Shown one piece after another: positions 1 to 8,226 of a stretch of 24,617 nt of DNA. The position numbers were made by a program, and so were the translations under genes. The stretch is taken from IMG/VR virus record IMGVR_UViG_3300047560_000081, positions 1 to 24,617 of that record; one strand, given 5' to 3'. Below the pieces are notes generated by a model. The model was given only the letters and a program-made list of their open reading frames with translations. It made no database searches and was not told where the DNA came from. This DNA comes from a virus. Lineage: Duplodnaviria > Caudoviricetes. Position 1 is the first letter of the stretch. Each line of letters opens with the position of its first letter.

Positions 1-114
1 CTCCACGCCTTACGCTGTAATCCACTCCTACACCCCACTCCCTCCACAAAAGCACTTCCCCCCAAAGTTCCAAATTCCACACCCGGGGGGTATATATAAA
101 TTTTAAAAAACATC

Positions 115-143
115 TTGCGAACGTTCTTACGAACGCTTAAACT
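115..143 (+). promoter_or_regulatory. sigma70-type promoter for the packaging/head operon
   Basis: TTGCGA (115-120), 17-nt spacer, TAAACT (138-143), preceded by an AT-only tract at 91-110 (UP-element-like). The spacer region carries CGAACG direct repeats (118-123, 130-135). Confidence 0.6.
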
Positions 144-149
144 ATGTCC

Positions 150-326
150 ATGGATGATTTAAACGACTATGCATATCCGACGATGATGGCGGAGACTGCT
201 TTAAAGGAGCTGCACAAGGCCATGCTTGAGGGCAAGTATGAGAAGGCTTTGGAGCATGGTTTAAATGCGAGGATCTGGACGTCCCGGATCATTGAGACTG
301 TCAGGATGAAGTTAGGGAATGACTGA
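150..326 (+). CDS. small hypothetical protein (58 aa, possibly leaderless)
   Basis: ORF track gives 144..326. ATG144 abuts the -10 box, so the in-frame ATG150 is the more plausible start. Its end overlaps the start of the next gene. Confidence 0.65.
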   Translation: MDDLNDYAYPTMMAETALKELHKAMLEGKYEKALEHGLNARIWTSRIIETVRMKLGND

Positions 327-549
327 GCGGGAGCGAGCCATCTTGGAGTTTATAAAGGCGTACATGAGGCTTCATGGGGTCTCGCCTAGCTATGAGGTGA
401 TTGCTTCTGGGATTGGTTTGAGGTCTAAGTCGAACATCCACAGGTTGGTTCATAAGCTGGAGCAGATGGGGCATTTGAAGTTGAAGCCGTACAAGTTCCG
501 GTCTATTAAGTTGATTGATCGCAGTGTTATGGAGGTGTCAGCTCTATGA
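319..549 (+). CDS. LexA-type winged-helix DNA-binding domain protein (no peptidase domain)
   Basis: MTERERAILEFI..HGVSPSYEVIASGIGLRSKSNIHRLVHKLEQMGHL..RSI matches the LexA N-terminal domain pattern. Only 76 aa. ATGA overlap with the terminase gene. Confidence 0.85.
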   Translation: MTERERAILEFIKAYMRLHGVSPSYEVIASGIGLRSKSNIHRLVHKLEQMGHLKLKPYKFRSIKLIDRSVMEVSAL

Positions 550-2066
550 GGGAAGTTATTCCTTCGGACTATGTTCTTCTTTCTGAGGAGGAGATAGAGG
601 GGTTGACTGCGGGGTTAGAGGATGCGTCTGATGAGGTTAAGGCGCAGATTCTTAGGTTATTGAAGGTGGATAAGACTGCCCGGGCGCAGAGGTCTTTCCT
701 GTATTTTGTGACGCAGATGTGGCCTGTGTTCATCTCGGGGAAGCATCATGCGATCATGGCGGATGCCTTTGAGAGGGTGGCTAGAGGGGAGTTGAAGCGG
801 TTGATCATCAACATGCCGCCCCGGCACACCAAGTCTGAGTTTGCGTCTTATCTTCTACCAGCTTGGTTTCTGGGTAAGTTCCCGGAGAAGAAGATCATCC
901 AGACGGCTCACACAGCTGAATTGGCTGTGGGTTTTGGCCGGAAGGTGAGGAACTTGGTATCTTCCCCGGCGTTTCAGGATGTATTTGAGACAAGTTTGTC
1001 CTCGGATTCAAAAGCCGCAGGACGATGGAACACCGGAGCTGGAGGGGATTACTTCGCTATCGGTGTTGGGGGTGCTGTGACCGGTAAGGGTGCTGATCTA
1101 TTGATCATTGACGACCCGCATTCGGAGCAGGAGGCTAAGCAGGGTAATCCCGCAGTCTATGACTCCGTGTATGAGTGGTACACATCTGGTCCCCGGCAGC
1201 GTTTACAGCCTGGAGGGGCGATCATTATTGTGATGACGCGCTGGTCAAAGAGAGATTTGACCGGGCAGATCCTCAAAAGCTCCCAAAAAGACGGTGTAAA
1301 CGACTGGGAAGTGATCAATTTCCCTGCGATTTTGCCCTCTGGTACACCTCTTTGGCCTGGATTCTGGTCTTTGAAGGAGCTGGAAGCCCTAAAAGCTGAA
1401 CTTCCGGTGGCTAAATGGGAAGCGCAGTACCAACAAAGGCCCACTTCCGAAGAAGGGGCCATCATTAAGCGGGAAAACTGGAGGATTTGGGAAGAAAAGG
1501 ATCCTCCTCCGTGTGAATACATCATCCAATCCTGGGATACAGCCTTTGAAAAGACCAACCGGAGCGACTATTCCGCCTGTACGACGTGGGGAGTCTTCTA
1601 TATGCCGGATGACAAGGGTGAATCCCGGCCAAATATCATCGTCCTGGACGCAGTAAAACGCAGGATGGAGTTCCCGGATCTCAAGAAAATGGCCTATGAG
1701 ATGTGGAAAGAATGGGAGCCAGACACCCTGATTGTGGAAAAGAAAGCGGCTGGGTCTCCTTTGATCTACGAGCTGAGAAAGATCGGAATTCCTCTGGAGG
1801 AGTACACACCAGGCAAAGGAAGCGATAAGATAGCCCGTGTAAACGCGATCTCGGACATGTTTGCTTCTGGAATTGTTTGGTGTCCTGAAACGAGATGGGC
1901 GGATGAGCTAATGGAAGAGTTGGCTTCTTTCCCCAACGGCGATCATGATGACCTTGTTGACTCCACCAGTCAGGCTTTGCTGAGATTTCGTCGCGGCGGG
2001 TTTATATCCATTGAATCAGATGAAGTGGATGAACCTATGTACAGACGTAGATCTGTCTATTACTAA
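546..2066 (+). CDS. terL: terminase large subunit
   Basis: Walker A-like NMPPRHTKS, Walker B LLIIDD, coupling motif MTRW, RNase H-like nuclease motifs SWDTA, IVEKKAAG and HDDLVD. 506 aa, uninterrupted. Confidence 0.96.
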   Translation: MREVIPSDYVLLSEEEIEGLTAGLEDASDEVKAQILRLLKVDKTARAQRSFLYFVTQMWPVFISGKHHAIMADAFERVARGELKRLIINMPPRHTKSEFASYLLPAWFLGKFPEKKIIQTAHTAELAVGFGRKVRNLVSSPAFQDVFETSLSSDSKAAGRWNTGAGGDYFAIGVGGAVTGKGADLLIIDDPHSEQEAKQGNPAVYDSVYEWYTSGPRQRLQPGGAIIIVMTRWSKRDLTGQILKSSQKDGVNDWEVINFPAILPSGTPLWPGFWSLKELEALKAELPVAKWEAQYQQRPTSEEGAIIKRENWRIWEEKDPPPCEYIIQSWDTAFEKTNRSDYSACTTWGVFYMPDDKGESRPNIIVLDAVKRRMEFPDLKKMAYEMWKEWEPDTLIVEKKAAGSPLIYELRKIGIPLEEYTPGKGSDKIARVNAISDMFASGIVWCPETRWADELMEELASFPNGDHDDLVDSTSQALLRFRRGGFISIESDEVDEPMYRRRSVYY

Positions 2067-2074
2067 GGACTCAT

Positions 2075-4480
2075 ATGAGTATCGACAAAGGTTTGTATCA
2101 AGCGCCTTCAGGTTTAGAAACAATCGGCCAGGGCGTTGAGATCGACATCGAGAATCCTGAATCTGTTTACATTTCTGACGGGGACACAGAGATTATTCTG
2201 GAAGCCGGAAGTGAATATGACGGAGATTTTGAAGAAAACCTCGCAGAGGTATTGAGCGAGGCGGAACTTGGGAAGATCTCCTCAGATCTCCTGGAGATGG
2301 TGGACGCAGACATCAACTCCAGAAAAGACTGGGCTGAGACCTTTGTCAAAGGACTTGAAGTTCTTGGGCTTAGATATGAAGAGCGCACAGAACCCTGGAC
2401 CGGGGCGTGTGGCGTTTATTCCACAATCCTGACCGAGGCTGCGATTCGATTCCAGTCTGAGTCGATTATGGAAACCTTCCCGGCTCAGGGTCCGGTGAAG
2501 ACTGCGATTATTGGCGCAATTGACAAGCTGAAGGAAGAGGCGGCTCGGCGTGTCCAGGAGGACATGAACTACAAGCTGACCGAGCAGATGCCTGAGTACC
2601 GCCCGGAACATGAGCGTTTGCTCTATTCTCTCGGCCTCGCAGGATCAGCATTCAAGAAGGTGTATTACGATCCCAATCTGGGACGCCAAGTATCCATCTT
2701 CTGTTCAGCCGAAGACGTGATTGTTCCTTATGGAACGGCCAACATGGAGAGCGCAGAACGTGTTACCCATGTGATGCGCAAGACCAAGAACGAACTCCGT
2801 AAACTCCAGTACAACGGGTTTTACCGGGACATCGATCTTGGGGATCCGATTAACGTCCTGACCGATATTGAGAAGGTTAAAGCTGACCAACAAGGATATC
2901 GGGCAACGGATGATGACCGTTATCAACTCCTTGAGATCCAGGCATATCTGGATATTGAAGGATATGAAGATCTGGATGAGAACGGTGAGCCGACTGAGAT
3001 TGGCCTACCCTATATCATCACCATAGACCGTGGAACCACCAAGGTTCTTGGCCTGCGCCGTAACTGGAAGCCCGATGATGATAAGAAGCTCAAGCGCCAG
3101 CACTTTGTAGATTATTGCTACATCCCTGGCTTTGGTTTCTATGGCCTTGGCTTGATCCATATTATTGGTGGATATGCCCGCGCAGGAACGATGCTGATCC
3201 GCCAATTGGTGGACGCAGGTACGCTGTCGAATCTCCCGGGCGGATTGAAGTCCAGAGGACTGCGGGTTAAGGGTGACGACACCCCGATTTCTCCGGGCGA
3301 ATTCCGGGACGTGGATGTTCCGTCTGGCTCCATCAAAGACAACATTATGACGCTCCCCTACAAGGAGCCGAGTGCAACTCTGTTGACTTTGTTGAACCAG
3401 ATCACAGAAGAAGGACGCCGACTGGGTGCCATCTCCGATATGAATATCTCGGACATGAGCGCTAACGCTCCGGTGGGAACGACCCTGGCTTTGTTGGAAC
3501 GCACCCTGAAGACGATGTCTGCCGTTCAGGCCCGGGTGCATTATTCGATGAAGCAGGAGTTTAAACTTCTGAAGAACATCATCCGCGACTACACCCCGCC
3601 GGATTATGACTACGAGCCGAGCGATGGTCAGCCCACCGCCAAGCGCTCTGACTACGACATGGTTGAGGTTATCCCGGTCTCTGATCCGAATAACTCGACC
3701 ATGGCTCAGCGGATCATGCAGTACCAGGCTGTTATGCAGATGGCTGCGACCGCCCCCCAGATCTATGACATGCCCTATCTGCATCGTCAAATGATCGAGG
3801 TTCTGGGTATCAAGAACGCAGAAAAACTTGTTCCTTTGGAAGACGATCTGAAGCCGAAAGATCCAATTTCGGAGAATATGGGATTCCTGACCAGCAAGCC
3901 GACCAAGGCGTTTATCTATCAGGACCATGATGCTCACCTGATCGCTCACCAGTCGTTCATGCAAGACCCAATGATCGCCGCCACCATTGGTCAAACCCCG
4001 ATGGCGCAAAAGATCCAGGCCGAGATCATGGCCCACATTGCAGAACATCTAGGGTTTAAATACCGCAGACAGATGGAAGAGCAGATCGGCGCACAACTGT
4101 TCCCGCCGAACGAAGAGCTGCCAGAGGACGTGGAAGTCGAACTCTCCCGCCTTATCGCAGAAGGTGCCAAGCAAGTACTGCAATCCAACCAGTCCCAAGC
4201 TCAGCAACAACAAGCCCAGCAGGCCGCGCAAGACCCGCTGGTTCAGTTGCAGCAGGCTGAATTGCAGATCAAACAGGCAGAAGTTCAGTCCAAGACTCAG
4301 AAAGCGCAGTCTGAGATTGCCATGAACCAAGCCAAACTCCAGATCGAAGCCGACAAGCTGAAGCTGGAGATGATGCGGATGCAGAACCAGAAAGAGATCG
4401 AACTGGCTCGCATCCAGGAGCAGACCCGCTCCAACAACCAGAAGGTTCAGGTAGACCTGTTTAAACGAGGAACCAAATGA
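2075..4480 (+). CDS. portal protein (P22-like, long Gln-rich C-terminal coiled coil)
   Basis: 801 aa directly after terL, with SD AAGGA. GSAFKKVYYD and PGFGFYGLGLIH motifs are typical of podovirus-type portals. QQQQAQQAAQDP precedes a heptad-rich tail. Confidence 0.88.
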   Translation: MSIDKGLYQAPSGLETIGQGVEIDIENPESVYISDGDTEIILEAGSEYDGDFEENLAEVLSEAELGKISSDLLEMVDADINSRKDWAETFVKGLEVLGLRYEERTEPWTGACGVYSTILTEAAIRFQSESIMETFPAQGPVKTAIIGAIDKLKEEAARRVQEDMNYKLTEQMPEYRPEHERLLYSLGLAGSAFKKVYYDPNLGRQVSIFCSAEDVIVPYGTANMESAERVTHVMRKTKNELRKLQYNGFYRDIDLGDPINVLTDIEKVKADQQGYRATDDDRYQLLEIQAYLDIEGYEDLDENGEPTEIGLPYIITIDRGTTKVLGLRRNWKPDDDKKLKRQHFVDYCYIPGFGFYGLGLIHIIGGYARAGTMLIRQLVDAGTLSNLPGGLKSRGLRVKGDDTPISPGEFRDVDVPSGSIKDNIMTLPYKEPSATLLTLLNQITEEGRRLGAISDMNISDMSANAPVGTTLALLERTLKTMSAVQARVHYSMKQEFKLLKNIIRDYTPPDYDYEPSDGQPTAKRSDYDMVEVIPVSDPNNSTMAQRIMQYQAVMQMAATAPQIYDMPYLHRQMIEVLGIKNAEKLVPLEDDLKPKDPISENMGFLTSKPTKAFIYQDHDAHLIAHQSFMQDPMIAATIGQTPMAQKIQAEIMAHIAEHLGFKYRRQMEEQIGAQLFPPNEELPEDVEVELSRLIAEGAKQVLQSNQSQAQQQQAQQAAQDPLVQLQQAELQIKQAEVQSKTQKAQSEIAMNQAKLQIEADKLKLEMMRMQNQKEIELARIQEQTRSNNQKVQVDLFKRGTK

Positions 4481-4677
4481 TAGATGACCAAGCTCTGAAG
4501 TACTTAGCGAAAGAACTGAAGAAAGCAGAAACGGGTCTTCTAGAAAGTCTTGGGGATGGGGCAGCTGACGACTACCCCAAATACCGAGAAATGTGCGGCC
4601 AGATCCGAGGTCTTTTGTACGCACAGGATTTAATCTCCGACCTTGCGAAAAAATTGGAGAACTTTGAAGATGAGTGA
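4477..4677 (+). CDS. small hypothetical head-module protein
   Basis: 66 aa, ATGA overlap with portal, SD GAGGA. Contains a YREMCGQIRGL helix motif. Confidence 0.8.
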   Translation: MIDDQALKYLAKELKKAETGLLESLGDGAADDYPKYREMCGQIRGLLYAQDLISDLAKKLENFEDE

Positions 4678-5080
4678 CATCCTTATAGGACAGTCGCTGG
4701 ACCCCTCGGGGCCAGTGTCAGTGCTACCAGGCACTGCAGAAGAGAAAGCACGACAGGTACCAGATCCTGCGACATATCATTTACTCTGCGTTTTACCGGA
4801 CGTGGATGAAGAATATGAGAGCGGACTGGTCAAAGCAGGCCAAACCATGCACTTTGAAGAGGTACTGTCGCCAGTCCTGTTCGTTGTGAAAATGGGGCCG
4901 GACTGCTACAAAGACGAGAAGCGATTCCCGTCTGGGCCTTCCTGCAAGGTGGGGGATTTTGTCCTTGTGCGTCCTAATACGGGAACCCGCATCAAGATTC
5001 ATGGCAAAGAATTCCGATTGATTAACGACGACTCTGTAGAAGGTGTTGTCCAAGATCCCCGTGGTATTACCCGGGCATAA
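4670..5080 (+). CDS. groES: GroES/Cpn10-like co-chaperonin
   Basis: Mobile-loop-like EEYESGLVK, then VVKMGPD, CKVGDFVL and GTRIKIHGKEFRLINDDSVEGVV follow the GroES pattern. Start reassigned to ATG4670 (GGAG at 4656-4659). Confidence 0.8.
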   Translation: MSDILIGQSLDPSGPVSVLPGTAEEKARQVPDPATYHLLCVLPDVDEEYESGLVKAGQTMHFEEVLSPVLFVVKMGPDCYKDEKRFPSGPSCKVGDFVLVRPNTGTRIKIHGKEFRLINDDSVEGVVQDPRGITRA

Positions 5081-5090
5081 GGAGTAAAAC

Positions 5091-6074
5091 ATGCCAGAAA
5101 TCGAACAAGTCGAATTTGAATTCCCTGACGAGAAAGAAGAAAAAGAATCTCGCAAGGGAAGCAAAATAGTAACCCCTGAGCCTGAAGAAAATATTCAGGC
5201 TGAGGAAAAAGAAGAAATCGAGGTGGTGGATGACACCCCGGAGGAGGATCGTGGGCGTAAACCCATGGAAAACCCCCCGGAAGACCCCACCGATGAGGAA
5301 TTAGCCTCCTATTCCAAGCGTGAAAAGACCAAAACAAGGGAGTTTCACAAGGCTTATCACGACGAACGCCGCGCAAAAGAGGCGGCAATGCGTGAAAAAG
5401 AGGAGGCAATTCGCATCGCCCAGGCTATTCTGGAAGAGAATAATCGCCTGAAAGGGACCGTAAATCAGAGCCAAAACGCCCTGATTGAACAGGCCAAGAA
5501 GTCTGTAGCCCAGGAATTGGATGAGGCCAAGCGGAAATATAAGCTGGCCTATGAAAATGGGGATGCAGACGCTCTTGTATCGGCGCAGGAAGAGATCACC
5601 GCAGCCAAAATCAAGGCAGAGCGGGTGAACAACTTTAAACCTAAACCTTTACAGGAAGAAAAAAATCAGGTACAAATACCTACTGAAACGCCGCAGGTTA
5701 GGGTAGACCCCCGGGCTGAGGAATGGCAGCGTGCCAATACTTGGTTTGGAGTTGACCGAGAAATGACCGGCTTTGCACTTGCGGTACACGATAAGCTGGT
5801 TACGGAGGAAGGGCTAAGTCCTCAAAGTGATGAATACTACCAACGCATAGATGGTAGGTTACGCCAAGTGTTTCCAGAGAAGTTTGCCTCTGCGAAACCC
5901 GCCGATGCGAATCAGCGCCCCAATGCAAATGTTGTTGCTTCTGCTTCCAGAAGCGTGGCTCCTAAGAAGATCACGCTGACGGCATCTGAGGTAAATATCG
6001 CCAAACGGCTTAACATTCCTTTGGAACGTTATGCACGGGAGGTTGCGGTTTTAAGGAGAAATAATAATGGCTGA
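5091..6074 (+). CDS. putative capsid scaffolding protein
   Basis: 327 aa with an acidic N-terminus, long coiled coil and short C-terminal helical motif (LTASEVNIAKRLNIPLERYA). Lies between portal and capsid genes. SD TAAGGAG. Confidence 0.7.
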   Translation: MPEIEQVEFEFPDEKEEKESRKGSKIVTPEPEENIQAEEKEEIEVVDDTPEEDRGRKPMENPPEDPTDEELASYSKREKTKTREFHKAYHDERRAKEAAMREKEEAIRIAQAILEENNRLKGTVNQSQNALIEQAKKSVAQELDEAKRKYKLAYENGDADALVSAQEEITAAKIKAERVNNFKPKPLQEEKNQVQIPTETPQVRVDPRAEEWQRANTWFGVDREMTGFALAVHDKLVTEEGLSPQSDEYYQRIDGRLRQVFPEKFASAKPADANQRPNANVVASASRSVAPKKITLTASEVNIAKRLNIPLERYAREVAVLRRNNNG

Positions 6075-6519
6075 GCAGAAAAGAGAACCACGTCAGATGG
6101 AAATGCGTTCTGAGATGGAGCGTCCTAAAGCATGGATGCCACCCACTCTGCTGCCGGATCCCGATCCTGAAGAGGGTTGGAAATTCCGTTGGATTCGCAT
6201 GTCTATGTTGAACTCTCCTGACGCTGTTAATATTTCGACGAAATTCCGTGAGGGATGGGAACCTGTTAAGGCTTCCGAACAACCCAAACTCCGTTTCTTG
6301 AATAACCCTAACGGGCGATTCCCGGACGGAATTGAAATTGGTGGTTTGTTGCTTTGCAAAACCCCGGCTGAGTTTGTCGAACAACGTGACACTTATTACC
6401 TGAATCAGGCTAATCAGCAGATGTTGTCCGTCGAAAACAGCTTCATGCGTGATAATGATCCGCGTATGCGCAAGTTCAATGAACAGCGCTCGCAGGTTAC
6501 TATCGGAAAAAGTATTTAA
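6067..6519 (+). CDS. conserved hypothetical head-module protein
   Basis: 150 aa, SD TAAGGAG, 8-nt overlap with the scaffold gene. Motifs FRWIR, EGWEPV and IGGLLLCK. Confidence 0.8.
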   Translation: MAEQKREPRQMEMRSEMERPKAWMPPTLLPDPDPEEGWKFRWIRMSMLNSPDAVNISTKFREGWEPVKASEQPKLRFLNNPNGRFPDGIEIGGLLLCKTPAEFVEQRDTYYLNQANQQMLSVENSFMRDNDPRMRKFNEQRSQVTIGKSI

Positions 6520-6537
6520 TCCTTTTAGGAGTCTCAA

Positions 6538-7143
6538 ATGGCTTATCCCACAGTAAGCGCTCCTTACGGCCTAAAGCCTATCAACCGAGTTGATGGCTTG
6601 CCGTATGCAGGCGCTATTCGCCAGATTCCCATTGCCGCAGGCTACGCAACCGCCATTCTGAATGGCGCGACCGTGAAACTGAGCGGTGGTTATCTCGTCG
6701 CTGACACCAGCACCAACGCTGCCACTCCTTGTGGCGTTTTGGTCGGTTGCCAGTATGTCAACTCCAGCGGTCAGACCGTGCAGGGCCAGTACTATCCGGC
6801 CAGCCAGTCCACCGCAGCCAACCCGGCTTATGCCTACGTTGTGGATGATCCGAACGCTCTGTTCAAAGTGGCCGTTGTGTCTTCTGGCACCACGATCACC
6901 TACACGGATCGTACGGTTGTTGGTTCTAACCTGCCCATGGTTCAAAACGGCGGCTCGACCACCACTGGTGACTCGACCATCGGCGTGACCACCACCGGCG
7001 GCGGCACGACCTCCACCATCCCCCTGCGTGTGATTGATGTTGTTCCTGACACCTCAACGGTTGTAAGTGGTACTACGTACTACTATGAGCTGTTGGTGAA
7101 GATCAACACGCACCAGTACAACAACACCACTGGCGTGTCTTGA
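6538..7143 (+). CDS. putative capsid decoration/cement protein
   Basis: 201 aa, beta-rich, rich in Thr/Gly/Ala/Val, immediately before the MCP. SD TAGGAG and the same C-ending codon bias as the MCP. Function inferred from position. Confidence 0.6.
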   Translation: MAYPTVSAPYGLKPINRVDGLPYAGAIRQIPIAAGYATAILNGATVKLSGGYLVADTSTNAATPCGVLVGCQYVNSSGQTVQGQYYPASQSTAANPAYAYVVDDPNALFKVAVVSSGTTITYTDRTVVGSNLPMVQNGGSTTTGDSTIGVTTTGGGTTSTIPLRVIDVVPDTSTVVSGTTYYYELLVKINTHQYNNTTGVS

Positions 7144-7157
7144 TAAGGAGCTAAATC

Positions 7158-8069
7158 ATGGCTATTTCCCGCGCACAACTACTCAAGGAACTGCTCCCTG
7201 GTTTGAACGCTCTGTTCGGCCTTGAGTACGCCAAATATGGCGAAGAGCACAAAGAGATCTACGAAACCGAGTCTTCGGAGCGTAGTTTTGAAGAAGAAAC
7301 CAAGCTGTCTGGCTTCTCCGCCGCTCCGGTGAAGAACGAAGGCTCTGCCATTGCTTATGACAATGCGCAGGAGGCTTGGACTGCACGCTATACGCACGAA
7401 ACCATCGCCATGGGTTTCTCGGTGACCGAAGAGGCCGTCGAGGACAACCTGTACGACAGCCTGTCTGCTCGTTACACCAAGGCTCTGGCCCGTGCTATGG
7501 CTTACACCAAGCAGGTTAAGGCCGCAAACGTGCTGAACAATGCGTTCAACACCTCTGTGACCTACGGTGACGGCGTTTCCCTGTGTAACACCGCCCACCC
7601 CCTGATCTCCGGTGGCACCAACAGCAACCGCCCGACGACCGGCGCTGACCTGAACGAAACTTCGTTGGAAAACGCAGTTATTCAGATCGCCGCTTGGACG
7701 GACGAACGTGGTCTGCTGATCGCTGCTAAGCCCAAGAAGCTGATCGTTCCTCCGAGCCTGATGTTCGTGGCTACCCGCCTGCTTGAAACCGAGCTGCGCG
7801 TTGGTACGACCGACAACGACATCAACGCCCTGAAGAACAACGGTTCTATTCCCGAGGGATATACCGTTAACCACTTCTTGACGGACACCAACGGCTGGTT
7901 CCTGACCACCGACGTGCCCAACGGCCTGAAGCACTTTGTCCGTATGCCGATGTCCACCAGCATGGATGGTGACTTCGACACCGGCAACGTCCGCTACAAG
8001 GCCCGTGAGCGTTATTCGTTCGGCGTGTCTGATCCGCTGGGGATTTTCGGATCTCCCGGTTCGTCCTGA
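7158..8069 (+). CDS. major capsid protein (HK97 fold, Mu gpT-like family)
   Basis: 303 aa, MAISRAQLLKELLPGLNALFG start, KPKKLIVPP P-domain motif, YKARERYSFG end. Strong codon bias, SD TAAGGAG, followed by a terminator. Confidence 0.9.
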   Translation: MAISRAQLLKELLPGLNALFGLEYAKYGEEHKEIYETESSERSFEEETKLSGFSAAPVKNEGSAIAYDNAQEAWTARYTHETIAMGFSVTEEAVEDNLYDSLSARYTKALARAMAYTKQVKAANVLNNAFNTSVTYGDGVSLCNTAHPLISGGTNSNRPTTGADLNETSLENAVIQIAAWTDERGLLIAAKPKKLIVPPSLMFVATRLLETELRVGTTDNDINALKNNGSIPEGYTVNHFLTDTNGWFLTTDVPNGLKHFVRMPMSTSMDGDFDTGNVRYKARERYSFGVSDPLGIFGSPGSS

Positions 8070-8078
8070 TCGACGGAG

Positions 8079-8107
8079 AAAAAAGGGGGCTTCGGCTCCC
8101 TTTTTTT
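8079..8107 (+). terminator. intrinsic terminator (probably bidirectional)
   Basis: A6, then GGGGGC-TTCG-GCTCCC, then T7: a 6-bp stem with a cUUCGg tetraloop just after the MCP stop. Confidence 0.92.
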
Positions 8108-8108
8108 A

Positions 8109-8136
8109 TTGCTTTTATTTTCGTTTGGTGTATATT
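8109..8136 (+). promoter_or_regulatory. putative sigma70-type promoter restarting transcription after the capsid terminator
   Basis: TTGCTT (8109-8114), 16-nt spacer, TATATT (8131-8136). The predicted start near 8142-8145 coincides with the 5' end of the structured leader. Confidence 0.5.
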
Positions 8137-8144
8137 TAAACAAA

Positions 8145-8219
8145 CCGGGCTTTCCGGCGTATCAAACCGTCCCGGCGGACTGGCATGCAAGACTGATACG
8201 CTTTAAACGCATGAAAGGA
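8145..8219 (+). ncRNA. candidate structured cis-regulatory RNA (pseudoknotted 5' leader)
   Basis: Perfect pairings: GCGTATCA(8157-8164)/TGATACGC(8194-8201), CCGGG(8145-8149)/CCCGG(8171-8175), CATGC(8184-8188)/GCATG(8209-8213). The last abuts SD AAAGGA (8214-8219). Confidence 0.6.
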
Positions 8220-8226
8220 ACCCATC

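Noticed and set aside
546-2066. Intein or intron in the terminase
   Set aside because: Length and motif spacing are normal. No splice-junction motifs or frame breaks.
3005-4048. 347-aa minus-strand ORF (also 7179..7934, 4049..4624, 6010..6537, 10852..11466 and other antisense ORFs)
   Set aside because: They lie opposite well-supported + strand genes, have no recognisable motifs, and are the expected shadows of biased codon usage.
7936-8139. Alternative-frame ORF over the MCP end as a T7-like frameshift extension
   Set aside because: No X XXY YYZ slippery heptamer near the MCP stop, and the frame runs through the terminator.
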